Positions 63,357 to 64,000 of a stretch of DNA of 64,000 bases are shown piece by piece. Numbering within the stretch: position 1 is the first letter of the stretch; each line of letters starts with the position of its first letter. Made by a program: the position numbers and the translations under genes. Origin of the DNA: Acidobacteriota bacterium (lineage in GTDB: Bacteria > Acidobacteriota > UBA6911 > RPQK01 > JAJDTT01); the NCBI GenBank assembly GCA_965209055.1, contig OZ242374.1, forward strand, positions 1,408,001-1,472,000, given 5' to 3'. The notes under the pieces were generated by a model. The model was not told where the DNA came from and did not search any database. It saw only the letters and a program-made list of their open reading frames with translations.

Positions 63357-63697
63357 TCGGTGGCGTGGGTGATGGTGAGGAGGCTCTTTCGAGCCTTCGA
63401 TTCCTTGAAGATGGCGGCCGCTTTTCCGTAGAGGGTCAGCTGGGGTTCGCCCATGGGTCCGGCCGTGGTCTCGACGTCGCGCCATCGGATGCCAGCCTGC
63501 CAACCGGTCCCCAGGGCCTTCAGGGCCGCCTCCTTGGCCGCGAACCGTCCGGCGAAATGCTGGTACTTGTTCTTGCGCTGGGAGCAGTACCGTATTTCCT
63601 CAGGGGTGAAGACCCGCTCGGTGATGGATTTGCTGCCGCGCAAGGCCTTGGCGATGCGGTCGACCTCCACGATGTCCAGTCCGATTCCGACGACCAT
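63323..63697 (-). CDS. acpS: Holo-ACP synthase AcpS
   Basis: GIGLDIVE, AGRFAAKEA.KALGTG and ITH. Confidence 0.95.
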   Translation of the reverse strand: MVVGIGLDIVEVDRIAKALRGSKSITERVFTPEEIRYCSQRKNKYQHFAGRFAAKEAALKALGTGWQAGIRWRDVETTAGPMGEPQLTLYGKAAAIFKESKARKSLLTITHATDYAVACVVIDG

Positions 63698-63756
63698 GGG
63701 GAGCCCTCTGTGAACGGCGCACAGTTTACTGTGAGGAGGGTTGTCAGTTCCAGGCC

Positions 63757-64000
63757 ATGTTACCCTGGCAGCCCGTGATGGTGGAGAGGACGGCCGGCGA
63801 CTTCCCCTACCTTGCCTTCCGGGGCATGACGGCGATCCCGAGCTTCGTACACGCCGTCACGACCCGCGCAACCGACGGATCCGGCGCGGCTCCTTCGGCC
63901 ACCCGCCCGGCGGAGCCGGATGAGGCGTTTCTGACTGCCCTCGGGATACCGGCCAGAAAGCTGATCCTGTTGGAACAGGAGCATGCGGACGCGGTCCTGG
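63757..64000 (+). CDS. PgeF/YfiH-family (laccase-domain) protein, 5' part
   Basis: Not in the ORF track. Manual translation MLPWQPV...FVHAVTTR...LILLEQEHADAVL stays open to the window end; H..TTR and Q.H motifs. Confidence 0.65.
   Translation, partial: MLPWQPVMVERTAGDFPYLAFRGMTAIPSFVHAVTTRATDGSGAAPSATRPAEPDEAFLTALGIPARKLILLEQEHADAVL

Overview
High-GC, densely coding window around the replication origin of a bacterial chromosome. Two Acidobacterial-type VWA proteins, a short Jag and the overall gene set suggest Acidobacteriota (inference). In order it contains: a SufU-type SUF Fe-S operon with an Rrf2 regulator; moaC-moeA; a split methylmalonyl-CoA mutase subunit; mnmG-rsmG-parS-parA-parB, convergent on rpmH-rnpA-yidD-yidC-jag-mnmE; pheA; tRNA-Sec; a coenzyme F420 cluster (cofG, cofH, cofE, cofC, cofD, npdG) head-to-head with a 1456-aa ElbD-like reductase/adenylation/ACP/acyltransferase protein; tRNA-Ser; housekeeping genes; rpsA-ihfB-dnaA-(oriC)-dnaN-gyrB-gyrA; acs; a bacilliredoxin; a P-loop kinase-dCMP deaminase fusion; pncB; purB; mtaB; acpS. 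The points most worth follow-up are the F420/ElbD-like block (whose adenylation motifs are degenerate), a previously unannotated MITE-like element in two copies, the Dcd1/AvcD-type fusion and several apparently leaderless genes. No CRISPR array, intact transposase or prophage was seen. All calls come from manual motif reading; no searches were run.
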